NCBI GenBank assembly: GCA_021791095.1 | Contig: JAJYXG010000072.1 | Coordinates: 2,992-66,991, forward strand | DNA length: 64,000 nt | Direction: 5' to 3' | From: Pseudomonadota bacterium | GTDB taxonomy: Bacteria; Pseudomonadota; Gammaproteobacteria; Burkholderiales; Thiobacillaceae | Part shown: positions 1 to 11,461 of the stretch, one piece after another | Position numbering within the stretch: position 1 is the first letter of the stretch | How the letters are laid out: the number at the start of each line of letters is the position of its first letter | Position numbers and translations under genes: made by a program | The notes under the pieces: generated by a model | What the model was told of the DNA's origin: nothing | The model's database searches: none | The model's input: the letters and a program-made list of their open reading frames with translations, nothing else

Positions 1-2319
<2,319 letters not shown>

Positions 2320-2323
<4 letters not shown>

Positions 2324-2715
2324 ACATCGGCGCAGTGGCGCAGGCCAGCAGCGTGTCGGCCAAGATGATCCGCCATTACGAAAGCATCGGCCTCATCCGC
2401 GCAAGCAGCCGCACGCTGGCGGGCTATCGCCAGTACCACGAACGCGACGTTCACCTGCTGCGCTTCATCCGCCGCGCGCGCGACCTCGGATTCTCGCTCG
2501 ACCAGATCCGGCAACTGCTGTCGCTGTGGGACGATCCGGAACGCGCCAGCGCAGACGTCAAGCGGCTGGCCGAACTGCACATCGCCGACCTCGACGCCCG
2601 CATCGCCGCGCTGACCGAGATGCGCACCACCCTGGTCACGCTCGCCAACGCCTGCCACGGCGACCACCGCCCCGATTGCCCCATCCTGCAGGATCTGGCC
2701 GCACCGCGTTCCTGA
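2320..2715 (+). CDS. cueR: Cu(I)-responsive MerR-family regulator
   Basis: ATGA overlap with the copA stop; [18 protein letters not shown] helix-turn-helix; C-terminal [12 protein letters not shown] metal loop. Confidence 0.95.
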
Positions 2716-2722
2716 CCCCTGC

Positions 2723-3460
2723 CTAGCGCCGTCCTTCCCAGTCGTACACCACCTCGATCATCACCAGCGCGCGCACCGGCCTGCCGTTCTTTTGCGCCGG
2801 CGCGAAGCGCGCATCGCGAAACGCCCTGAGCGCGGACTCGTTGAACGCGTCGGCAGGCGTGGCGCTGACGATTTCGATATCGCTGACACGGCCATCGGCT
2901 TCCAGCTTCAGCTGCAGGCGAACCTTGCCCGACAGATGCTGACGGTCGGCATCCTCCGGATAGTCCGGCACGATCTCGCGCAAGGCCCTCGGCTGCACAT
3001 CGACATCGCGTGCGCTGTAATAAGTGAGGTCGACCGAACTGGTGATCGCCGCAGCCGGCGCGGGTGCGGGTGCAGCCGGGAGCGCCGCGGCAGGCGCTGA
3101 TTCAACGGCAGGCCCGGCAGGCGCCGGCGCGGCGACAGGCGGCACGGTTTCGGCCGGCGGCGTGGCCAGGGGCAGCGCCTCGACCGTCTCGGCCGGTGCC
3201 AGCAGCGGCGTCTCTTTCGGAGAATCGTCCGGCACCGCCTCGGGCTCGAGTGGATGCCTTTCCTCAAGGGCCGATGCGGGGTGCGCCGACACCAGCCGCG
3301 CCTCGATCACTGATTCAGCCCAGCGCGTCGACGCAGGCGGTACCACCTGCACCAGCGCGATCAGCGCGGCATGCAGCCCCAGCGAAATCCACACCGCCGC
3401 CAGCGGGCGCCGCAGCCGGGGCGGAATCGTCGGCCCGTCAAAGGAATCGTGCGGCGGCAT
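2723..3460 (-). CDS. TonB-family energy transducer
   Basis: N-terminal TM with S..LH, Pro/Ala-rich linker, TonB_C domain (PDYPEDA..GKVRLQL..DGRV..FAPAQKNGRPV). Confidence 0.85.
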   Translation of the reverse strand: MPPHDSFDGPTIPPRLRRPLAAVWISLGLHAALIALVQVVPPASTRWAESVIEARLVSAHPASALEERHPLEPEAVPDDSPKETPLLAPAETVEALPLATPPAETVPPVAAPAPAGPAVESAPAAALPAAPAPAPAAAITSSVDLTYYSARDVDVQPRALREIVPDYPEDADRQHLSGKVRLQLKLEADGRVSDIEIVSATPADAFNESALRAFRDARFAPAQKNGRPVRALVMIEVVYDWEGRR

Positions 3461-3546
3461 GGATTCCCGGCGGGGTACTTTTTGACTGCGCAGAAAGGCG
3501 CGGGCGCTGGCCTAGAATGTGGGCCAGTAAACAAAAGGAGAAAACC

Positions 3547-4341
3547 ATGAAAATACTTGCCATTGCGGGCGCCATCTTAGCATCGGCACTCGGCGCATCG
3601 GCCTTCGCCAGCACCGTCGATCTGACCAAAACCACCATCAAGGCCGCCGACGGCACGGAGGTCCCGATTGAAATCGCAACGCCAGCCGGCAAGGGACCCT
3701 TCCCGCCGGTGCTGTTCATCCACGCCAAGCGCGGCTACGAAGGCGACGAACGCGCCCATGTGCGCGAACTCGCCGCCCAGGGCTTTCTCGTCGTCGCCCC
3801 CGACTGGCAAAGCGGCCGCTTCATCGAGCGCTGGCCTTCGGCACACAACCCCGAAACCGAGATGGACGTGGAAGCCGGGCTGGATTACCTGAAGTCGCTG
3901 CCCAAGGCCTGCAAGGACAAGGTCGGCATCGTCGGTCTGTCGCGCGGCCCCTACTACGCCATCCGGCTGGCCGCCAAGCGCGGCCCCGACATCGCCGCCA
4001 TCGTCAGCTACTACGGCCACATGCAGAATCCCAACGCGCCCGAACCCGAACAGCTGTTCAGCGTCGCGCCCGAAATCGCCCAGCTCAACACCCCCATCCT
4101 CTACCTGATCGGCGAACAGGATTACGAACTGCGCCGCATGAACGGCGGCCGCGCGTTCTATGCGCTGTGGGAGCGCGGCGTGCCGGTGGAATACCAGGTC
4201 TACCCGATGGCGCGCCGCGCGTTCGACTTCCGCCCCGACCAGACGCCGGAGGAGAAGATCGCCACGCGGCATGCGCGGGAGCGGGCGAAGGCCTGGTTGG
4301 CGAAGTGGATGAAGTTGACGCCGGAGATGAAGTGCAAGTGA
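3547..4341 (+). CDS. Exported dienelactone-hydrolase-like alpha/beta hydrolase
   Basis: AGGAG RBS before ATG 3547; signal peptide (..ASAFA); LAAQGFLVVAPD, GIVGLSRG nucleophile elbow, YYG, IGEQD. Confidence 0.8.
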   Translation: MKILAIAGAILASALGASAFASTVDLTKTTIKAADGTEVPIEIATPAGKGPFPPVLFIHAKRGYEGDERAHVRELAAQGFLVVAPDWQSGRFIERWPSAHNPETEMDVEAGLDYLKSLPKACKDKVGIVGLSRGPYYAIRLAAKRGPDIAAIVSYYGHMQNPNAPEPEQLFSVAPEIAQLNTPILYLIGEQDYELRRMNGGRAFYALWERGVPVEYQVYPMARRAFDFRPDQTPEEKIATRHARERAKAWLAKWMKLTPEMKCK

Positions 4342-4368
4342 CGGCTGAGTAGTTAAAGTGTTCGCGTA

Positions 4369-4411
4369 CTGAGGCCCGTTGGCCGGGGGTAGCCCGGCCA
4401 ACAGTCCTCAG
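4369..4411. repeat. Intergenic inverted repeat / stem-loop
   Basis: GTTGGCCGGG(4378-4387)...CCCGGCCAAC(4393-4402) with outer CTGAGG/CCTCAG arms, just after the hydrolase stop. Confidence 0.55.
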
Positions 4412-4457
4412 CCTATTAAAATTCTCACTACTAAACGGTGCCTCACGCCAAACAAAA

Positions 4458-4504
4458 CTGGATTGCTTCGCTGCGTTTATGCCCTACGGGTGCTCGCAAT
4501 GACG
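4458..4504 (-). repeat. Palindromic REP-like element (GTCATTGCGAGC...GAAGCAATCC type)
   Basis: Reverse strand reads CGTCATTGCGAGC-ACCCGTAGGGCATAAACGCAGC-GAAGCAATCCAG, matching a widespread proteobacterial intergenic repeat recalled from memory. Confidence 0.55.
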
Positions 4505-4628
4505 CCCCCCATCTGCGCCCCGTTTTGATTCCATTCCCCCGCCCCATGCACCACAACGGCACACCCCAACCCATGTCACGCACGCCTCAAAAACACATAA
4601 GCATTTGATTGTTAAACACTCTCATAGC

Positions 4629-4644
4629 TGGCACGCCCCCTGCT
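4629..4644 (+). promoter_or_regulatory. sigma54 (-24/-12) promoter
   Basis: TGGCACGCCCCCTGCT with correct GG-N10-GC spacing; partial NtrC-like box TGCACCACAACGGCACA near 4547. Confidence 0.75.
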
Positions 4645-4654
4645 ACATCCGGAA

Positions 4655-4733
4655 TGAGTATCCAAACCGAAAGGCCAGGTTGCTCAGGCAGTCTCCTCCG
4701 ACTTAGCGGCCTCTCCGGAGGCCGCCTTTTTTT
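4655..4733 (+). ncRNA. Candidate sigma54-dependent small RNA or nasT leader with an anti-SD loop
   Basis: Lies between the sigma54 promoter and an intrinsic terminator; hairpin AGTC-TCCTCC-GACT (4690-4703). Confidence 0.5.
4706..4733 (+). terminator. Intrinsic terminator upstream of nasT
   Basis: GCGGCCTC-TCCG-GAGGCCGC followed by CTTTTTTT. Confidence 0.85.
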
Positions 4734-4760
4734 CTGGTCGGGATAAAAACCGAAACGAAC

Positions 4761-5327
4761 ATGCGCGTATTGATTGTCGAAAACCAGCCCGAGCGGCTGG
4801 CAATGCTGGTGCCCGCGCTGGAAGCGGCGGGCTGCGTGGTTGCGGCCACGCTCAATTCGGCGCGCAGTCTGGATGTGCAGATCCAGGCCTTGCGCCCGGA
4901 CGTGGTGATCGTTGCGCAGGATTCGCCGGACCGCGACACGCTGGAGCACATCTGCGTGGCGAACCAGGATTGCCCGCGTCCGATCGTGATGTTCACCGGC
5001 GACGGCAGTTCCGAGGCGATCCGGGCGGCGACCCAGGCGGGGGTGACGTCCTATGTGGTCGACGGCCTCGACCCAGCGCGCATCCGCCCGATTCTCGACG
5101 TGGCGGTATCGCGCTTCGAGGCCTTCCAGGCGCTGCACGACCAGCTGGAGCAGACCCGGCTCGAATTGTCGGAGCGCAAGCTGATCGACCAGGCCAAGGC
5201 GCTGCTGATCAAGCAGACCGGCGCGTCGGAGCCCGAGGTGTACCGCGAGATGCGGCGCGCGGCGATGGACCGCGGCCTGAAGCTGGCGGACATCGCGCGG
5301 CAGATTCTGCAAAAACCGCCGGTCTGA
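4761..5327 (+). CDS. nasT: ANTAR-domain antiterminator, NasT family
   Basis: Pseudo-receiver (PDVVIV..DSPDRDTLE, PRPIVMFT, AGVTSYVVDG) plus ANTAR domain (LSERKLIDQAKALL..EVYREMRRAAMD); next to nitrate genes. Confidence 0.92.
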   Translation: MRVLIVENQPERLAMLVPALEAAGCVVAATLNSARSLDVQIQALRPDVVIVAQDSPDRDTLEHICVANQDCPRPIVMFTGDGSSEAIRAATQAGVTSYVVDGLDPARIRPILDVAVSRFEAFQALHDQLEQTRLELSERKLIDQAKALLIKQTGASEPEVYREMRRAAMDRGLKLADIARQILQKPPV

Positions 5328-5349
5328 TTGGTGCACGGCACCCAAAATA

Positions 5350-5366
5350 TGCACCGCATGGGTGCA
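5350..5366. promoter_or_regulatory. NtrC-type binding site
   Basis: TGCACC-GCATG-GGTGCA, a perfect TGCACC-N5-GGTGCA dyad about 80 bp upstream of a sigma54 promoter. Confidence 0.8.
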
Positions 5367-5443
5367 CCGCCAGGCATCCGGATGGGTTCTTCACCCAACC
5401 ACAACACCCAAAAAACCCATTTGATACAAAGCACTTAAGCAGC

Positions 5444-5460
5444 TGGCACAGCGGTTGCTA
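5444..5460 (+). promoter_or_regulatory. sigma54 promoter of the nrt operon
   Basis: TGGCACAGCGGTTGCTA, consensus TGGCAC-N5-TTGC. Confidence 0.88.
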
Positions 5461-5474
5461 GACAAGAACTGAAC

Positions 5475-5560
5475 AGTCGCAACGATGTGGCTTTCAGCGT
5501 GACCGTCAAATCTTTTATCAATGGACAAAGGCGTCCGCCCTGAAGGCGACGCCTTTTTTA
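5475..5560 (+). promoter_or_regulatory. ANTAR twin-hairpin leader overlapping an intrinsic terminator
   Basis: Hairpin 1 AGTCGC-AACGAT-GTGGCT and hairpin 2 GGAC-AAAGGC-GTCC both have hexaloops with A1/G4. Hairpin 2 overlaps the terminator AAAGGCGTC...GACGCCTTTTTT. Confidence 0.85.
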
Positions 5561-5592
5561 TTTATGCCCTCTGGGCATTTGGAGAACACACC

Positions 5593-6864
5593 GTGAGCGA
5601 CACCCAGGACAAACCCCTCGTACAAGACCAGAGCAAGCGTGATTTCATGAAAAAGACCACCGGATTGTCCGTCGCCGCCGCCCTGATGGCCATGGTGCCA
5701 CCGGGCGTGCGCCAGGGTGCCTGGGCTGCCGGCTCCGACGCCCCTGAAAAGCCCAACCTCAACATCGGCTTCATTCCGCTGACCGACTGCGCGTCGGTCG
5801 TCATCTCGTCGGTGAAGGGCTTCGACAAGAAATACGGCCTCACCATCACCCCGACCAAGGAAGCCTCGTGGGCGGCGGTGCGCGACAAGCTGGTGAATGG
5901 TGAACTCGATGCGGCGCATGTGCTGTACGGCCTGATCTACGGCGTGCAGATGGGCATCGGCGGGCCGAAGAAGGACATGGCGGTGCTCGCCAACCTCAAC
6001 CACAACGGCCAGGCGATCACGCTCTCCAACCAGCTCAAGGCCAAAGGCGTGACCGACGGCGCTTCGCTCGCCAAACTGGTGAAGGCCGAACCGAAGGAAT
6101 ACACCTTCGCCCAGACCTTCCCCACCGGCACCCACGCGATGTGGCTGTATTACTGGCTGGCCGCGCACGGCATCAATCCCTTCACCCAGGCCAAGGTCAT
6201 CACCGTGCCGCCGCCGCAGATGGTTGCCAACATGCGTGTCGACAACATGGACGGCTACTGTGTGGGCGAGCCGTGGAACGCGCGCGCGATCCGCGACAAC
6301 ATCGGCTTCACCGCCACGACCACGCAGGAGATCTGGAAAGACCATCCGGAGAAGGTGCTCGGTACCACCGCCGACTTCGTCGCGCAGTACCCCAACACCG
6401 CGCGCGCCATGGTGGCGGCGATCCTCGATGCGTCGAAGTACATCGACACCATGAGCAACCGCTCGGAAGTCGCCAAGATCATCTCGGCCAAGTCCTACGT
6501 CAACACCGACTTCGATTCGATCGAGGACCGCATGCTCGGTCAGTACGACAACGGCATCGGCAAGAAGTGGTCCGACCCCAACTACATGAAGTTCTACAAC
6601 AACGGCATCGTGGGCTTCCCCTACCTGTCGGACGGCATGTGGTTCCTCACCCAGCACAAGCGCTGGGGCCTGCTGAAGGACCACCCGGATTATCTGGCGG
6701 TGGCGAAGAAGGTCAACCGCATCGACGTCTACAAGGCCGCCGCCGCGATCACCAAGACGCCGCTGCCGAAATCCGACATGCGCACCTCGAAGCTGATCGA
6801 CGGTGTGGTGTGGGACGGCAAGGATCCGGCCAAGTACGCCGACAGCTTCAAAATCAAAGCCTGA
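5593..6864 (+). CDS. nrtA: Nitrate/nitrite ABC transporter substrate-binding protein (NrtA/CmpA family)
   Basis: GGAG RBS before GTG 5593; Tat-like SKRDFMKK; GFIPLTDCA, TFPTGTH, VPPPQMV, GEPW, HPEK motifs. Confidence 0.92.
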   Translation: MSDTQDKPLVQDQSKRDFMKKTTGLSVAAALMAMVPPGVRQGAWAAGSDAPEKPNLNIGFIPLTDCASVVISSVKGFDKKYGLTITPTKEASWAAVRDKLVNGELDAAHVLYGLIYGVQMGIGGPKKDMAVLANLNHNGQAITLSNQLKAKGVTDGASLAKLVKAEPKEYTFAQTFPTGTHAMWLYYWLAAHGINPFTQAKVITVPPPQMVANMRVDNMDGYCVGEPWNARAIRDNIGFTATTTQEIWKDHPEKVLGTTADFVAQYPNTARAMVAAILDASKYIDTMSNRSEVAKIISAKSYVNTDFDSIEDRMLGQYDNGIGKKWSDPNYMKFYNNGIVGFPYLSDGMWFLTQHKRWGLLKDHPDYLAVAKKVNRIDVYKAAAAITKTPLPKSDMRTSKLIDGVVWDGKDPAKYADSFKIKA

Positions 6865-6901
6865 CCCCGATCAAGGCCTGATTGCACAGGAAAGGATGAT
6901 C

Positions 6902-7315
6902 ATGACACCCGAAAAAATCGCACTGGTACGCAGCAGCTGGCAGTTGGTGCTGCCGATCAAGGACACGGCGGCGCAGCTGTTCTATGGCCAGCTGTTCGAA
7001 CTCGACCCCTCGCTGCGCAGCATGTTCAAGGGCGACATGGCAGAGCAGGGCCGCAAGCTGATGGCCATCATCAATACGGCCGTCAACAGCCTGGATGATC
7101 TCGGCCCCATTCTGGGCGCAGTCCAGGACATGGGGCGCCGCCATGTCGCGTACGGCGTGACGGAGGCCCATTACGACACCGTCGGCAGCGCGCTGATCTG
7201 GACCTTGGGCAAGGGCTTGGGCGAGCAGTTCACCCCGGCGGTCAAGGATGCCTGGGTGGAAACCTACACCACGCTGGCATCCGCCATGAAACAGGCCGCC
7301 TACGCCCCGGCATGA
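6902..7315 (+). CDS. Single-domain globin (flavohemoglobin/Vitreoscilla-type globin domain)
   Basis: FYGQLF (TyrB10), EQGRKL (GlnE7), GRRHVAYGV (HisF8), HYDTVGSAL, AWVETY; no reductase domain. Confidence 0.9.
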   Translation: MTPEKIALVRSSWQLVLPIKDTAAQLFYGQLFELDPSLRSMFKGDMAEQGRKLMAIINTAVNSLDDLGPILGAVQDMGRRHVAYGVTEAHYDTVGSALIWTLGKGLGEQFTPAVKDAWVETYTTLASAMKQAAYAPA

Positions 7316-7383
7316 AAGCCTCGGCCGCCTGCCCGGCAGACGCAGGCGGCCGCAAGGCGCGCGTTAACATTCAGGAGTGCGAT

Positions 7384-8298
7384 ATGAGCGCAGTCAATGC
7401 AACACCCGAAAATTTGAGCGAAATCCTGTCAGGCGAGGATATCGATCTGACGTCCAAAGCACCCGCTGCGGCGGGGCCAACCCGGCGCACGCCCTATTTC
7501 GAGACCGAGTCGGGCAAGCGCTTCATCGAAGGCACGCTTAACCTGTTCAGGAATGCCGTTCCGCCGCTGCTCGGCATGCTGCTGTTCGTGGCACTGTGGG
7601 CGCTGGTGTCCAACAGCGGCAAGACAATTCCCGGCCCCGCCGAAACCTGGGACGCCGCAGTGAGCTTGTTTTCCGACCCCTTCTACGACAACGGTCCCAA
7701 CGATCAGGGCATCGGCTGGAACATCCTCAACTCGCTGTACCGCGTCGGCATCGGCTTCGGACTTGCCGCCGCCGTCGGCATCCCGCTCGGCTTCATGATC
7801 GGCCGCTTCGATTTCCTCAACCGCATGCTGTCGCCGGTGATCAGCATCCTGCGTCCGGTGTCGCCGCTGGCCTGGCTGCCGATCGGCCTGCTGGTGCTGC
7901 AGAAGGCCGAGCCCGCGTCGATCTGGGTGATTTTCATCTCCAGCATCTGGCCGATGGTGCTCAACACCGCCGCCGGCGTGCAGCGCATCCCGCAGGACTA
8001 CATGAACGTCGCGCGCGTGCTCAACCTGTCGGAGTTCAAGGTGTTCACCAAAATCCTGTTCCCCGCGGTGCTGCCCTACGTGCTCACCGGCGTGCGCCTG
8101 TCGATCGGCGTGGCCTGGCTGGTGATCGTCGCCGCCGAAATGCTCACCGGCGGCGTCGGCATCGGCTTCTGGGTGTGGGACGAATGGAACAACCTCAACG
8201 TCGCCCACATCATCATCGCCATCTTCGTCGTCGGCATCGTCGGGCTGCTGCTCGAACAGGCGCTGATGCTGATCGCGAAACGGTTTAGTTACGACTGA
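7384..8298 (+). CDS. nrtB: Nitrate ABC transporter permease
   Basis: DPFYDNGPNDQGIGWN, PVSPLAWLP, WLVIVAAEML, GIGFWVWDEWN. Confidence 0.93.
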   Translation: MSAVNATPENLSEILSGEDIDLTSKAPAAAGPTRRTPYFETESGKRFIEGTLNLFRNAVPPLLGMLLFVALWALVSNSGKTIPGPAETWDAAVSLFSDPFYDNGPNDQGIGWNILNSLYRVGIGFGLAAAVGIPLGFMIGRFDFLNRMLSPVISILRPVSPLAWLPIGLLVLQKAEPASIWVIFISSIWPMVLNTAAGVQRIPQDYMNVARVLNLSEFKVFTKILFPAVLPYVLTGVRLSIGVAWLVIVAAEMLTGGVGIGFWVWDEWNNLNVAHIIIAIFVVGIVGLLLEQALMLIAKRFSYD

Positions 8299-8312
8299 TT
8301 GGGAGTCAAGAC

Positions 8313-9110
<798 letters not shown>

Positions 9111-9146
9111 CACACCGTCCGGACGACAAAACGTTCGAGCGCTCCC

Positions 9147-9175
9147 AGCCCGCCGTCAGAGACAGCGGGCTTTTT
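9147..9175 (+). terminator. Intrinsic terminator of the nrt operon
   Basis: AGCCCGCCGTC-AGA-GACAGCGGGCT followed by TTTT. Confidence 0.8.
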
Positions 9176-9224
9176 CATTGGGAAACCGGAACCGGCGCGA
9201 CACCTGCCGTTTGTTCCATCGGCC

Positions 9225-9321
9225 TTGCCAAGGGGAACAATGTTGAACGGGGTATCGAGTGCTGCATTCGCCCCTGAACGGTCGGTCGTGCTGGACACAA
9301 CCAACGTCTGGTTCGCGGCCA
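9225..9321 (+). repeat. ~97-bp direct repeat, copy 1
   Basis: Aligns by hand to 16652-16746 with about 11 differences in 97 columns. Confidence 0.9.
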
Positions 9322-9709
9322 GACCGCCGTTGGCGAACTGCGTTACCTAGGTCAGCCATAAACCTCACACCGGCCATTGACTAGAAATTCCGCTAGATGG
9401 CCGCTTTCAACTTCAGCGAATGCGTACTCCCGACCCTGAACGGAAGTTCAGGCGGCTTGCGGGGAACGTCTCATGCTCGGCCGAAGCTGTCCTTGCTCTT
9501 GACCGGGTAGCGGTCGTTCGCGAATGACTGGTTTCCAACAACCTGGACGAATACATATTGGTTGTTCAGACCAGTCCCCACAAAGGTCCGCAAGGAGGAA
9601 CTAGCTACGACCAGGCCGACGTGAAGTGCCAGTGGGCTACACATGGGGTACAAGCATCGGATCGAAGGGGTGATTTCTATGCGGCCCGACCTTGGAGTAT
9701 CGTCCCTCT

Positions 9710-10630
9710 ATGCCTGCTGTCGACAAACGCATGATCGGTCTGGCCCTGGGCAGCGGTTCCGCCCGGGGTTGGGCGCACATCGGCGTCATTCGTGCCCTAG
9801 CCGAGGCAGGCGTGCAGCCAGACATCGTCTGTGGCACCTCAATCGGTGCCTTGGTGGGTGCGGCGTATGCGTCCGGCGAGCTGGACCGTCTGGAAGCTTG
9901 GGTAAGGGAGCTGACGCTGCATGAGGTAGCGAGCTACTTTGACCTCAGCCTGGGTGGCGGCATGATCAAGGGGGCCAAGCTCATCGACTTTTTCCGCAAA
10001 CACTCCCAGGATCAGGACATCTGCGCCCTTTCCTTGCGCTTTGCCGCGGTGGCCACTGACTTGGCCAGCGGGCGGGAGGTCTGGTTGCGCGACGGCAAGA
10101 TACTGGACGCGGTACGGGCCTCTATCGCGCTGCCTGGCCTGTTCACTCCGGCCCGGCGCGATGGTCGCTGGCTGGTGGACGGCGGGCTGGTCAACCCTGT
10201 GCCAGTCTCCCTGTGCAGGGCCATGGGCGCCGAAACAGTGATTGCAGTGGACCTCAACACGGATATCATCGGCCGCCATCTCAGGCGTCCCCAGCCATCC
10301 GCCAGGAAGAAGACGCAGGCTCCGGAAGGCCGGGCCGACCGTTTGATGAACCAAGTCCAGGACAGACTGAGCACCCTGCCCTGGAGCTGGCGGGAGGCCG
10401 GCGACAGCCCACCCTCCCTGTTCGACACCATCGCCACCAGTCTCAGCATCATGCAGGTGCACATCGGCCGCAGCCGCCTCGCCGGTGAGTCGCCGGACAT
10501 CATGATTGCACCCCGCCTTGCCCATGTGCAGTTGCTGGAATTCCATCGCGCCGCCGAGGCCATCGCCGAGGGCAGGAAGGCCGCAGAGGCCGTGTTGCCC
10601 ATGCTGCGCGGAGTGGGTGCCGACGTCTAG
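9710..10630 (+). CDS. Patatin-like phospholipase (RssA/NTE family)
   Basis: GSGSARGWAHIG, GTSIG, DGG motifs. Confidence 0.88.
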   Translation: MPAVDKRMIGLALGSGSARGWAHIGVIRALAEAGVQPDIVCGTSIGALVGAAYASGELDRLEAWVRELTLHEVASYFDLSLGGGMIKGAKLIDFFRKHSQDQDICALSLRFAAVATDLASGREVWLRDGKILDAVRASIALPGLFTPARRDGRWLVDGGLVNPVPVSLCRAMGAETVIAVDLNTDIIGRHLRRPQPSARKKTQAPEGRADRLMNQVQDRLSTLPWSWREAGDSPPSLFDTIATSLSIMQVHIGRSRLAGESPDIMIAPRLAHVQLLEFHRAAEAIAEGRKAAEAVLPMLRGVGADV

Positions 10631-10704
10631 CAACAGGGATGCAACGTCTAAAGCACAGGGCTCGTGCAAGCTTGTGGGCGGCTCGCAGGACTGCTCGGGC
10701 GGTC

Positions 10705-11325
10705 CTATTTCCCGTCGGGCGCGTAGGCCCTCATGAAGGCAGCAACGGCCCGGTCCGCGGCCACTGCAATCTCCTTGTCATCCGGTGTATCGTCCCGCGC
10801 GTGCAGCAGCAAGGGCTCAATGATCTCGGCCTCAAGAAGGCCGCGGAGGTGTTCTGCAGCGAGCCGGGCGTCGTCTGGACGCAAAGCCCCCGCAGCCATG
10901 AGCCGCGATAGGAAGGCCACCACATGTGCCCGCATCGCGGCGATCTTGGCCAGGAATAACTTGCCAATGCCAGAGCGGGTCGCCTCGGCGATCATCAGGC
11001 GTCTCGCTGCCACGGTGTCGGGCGAACAAACGACCTTCAGGTAGCTGGTACCGTAGTGCCGCAGCACGGCACCTGGATCAGTCCCTGAGGCGTCCAACTG
11101 CGCAGCACTCTGCGCAACGATTTCAGTGATGTAGTCATCCATGGCCACCGTCATGCATTCGACGAACAGCACCTCCTTCGAGGGGAAGTGGCTGTAGATC
11201 GTCGCCTTCGAGCTACCGACCTGGGCGGTGATCTCGGAAACCGAGGTCTTGTCGAACCCCTGCATCCGGAACAACCGGTAAGCCGTTTCAAGGATGGCTT
11301 GCCGCTTGGCATCGCTCTTCTTCAT
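10705..11325 (-). CDS. TetR/AcrR-family regulator (paralog 1)
   Basis: AILETAYRLF..GFDKTSVSEI..SKATIYSHFPSKEVLF. Confidence 0.92.
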   Translation of the reverse strand: MKKSDAKRQAILETAYRLFRMQGFDKTSVSEITAQVGSSKATIYSHFPSKEVLFVECMTVAMDDYITEIVAQSAAQLDASGTDPGAVLRHYGTSYLKVVCSPDTVAARRLMIAEATRSGIGKLFLAKIAAMRAHVVAFLSRLMAAGALRPDDARLAAEHLRGLLEAEIIEPLLLHARDDTPDDKEIAVAADRAVAAFMRAYAPDGK

Positions 11326-11461
11326 GTTTCGCTCCGCAATTAAACTGAACCGATCGGTACAGTCTTTCTTGGCCGGAGATGTATGTCAAGTCTGTAAAGA
11401 AAGCGCGCATTTCTTCGCAAGGCCCTTCCATGCCTTCATGGATACAGCGACCTGCCTTGTC

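Noticed and set aside
9225-9620. Possible CRISPR array or integron attC array
   Set aside because: No identical repeats with regular spacers, no cas or intI gene, and the units are shorter than canonical attC. Kept only as an unexplained palindromic array.
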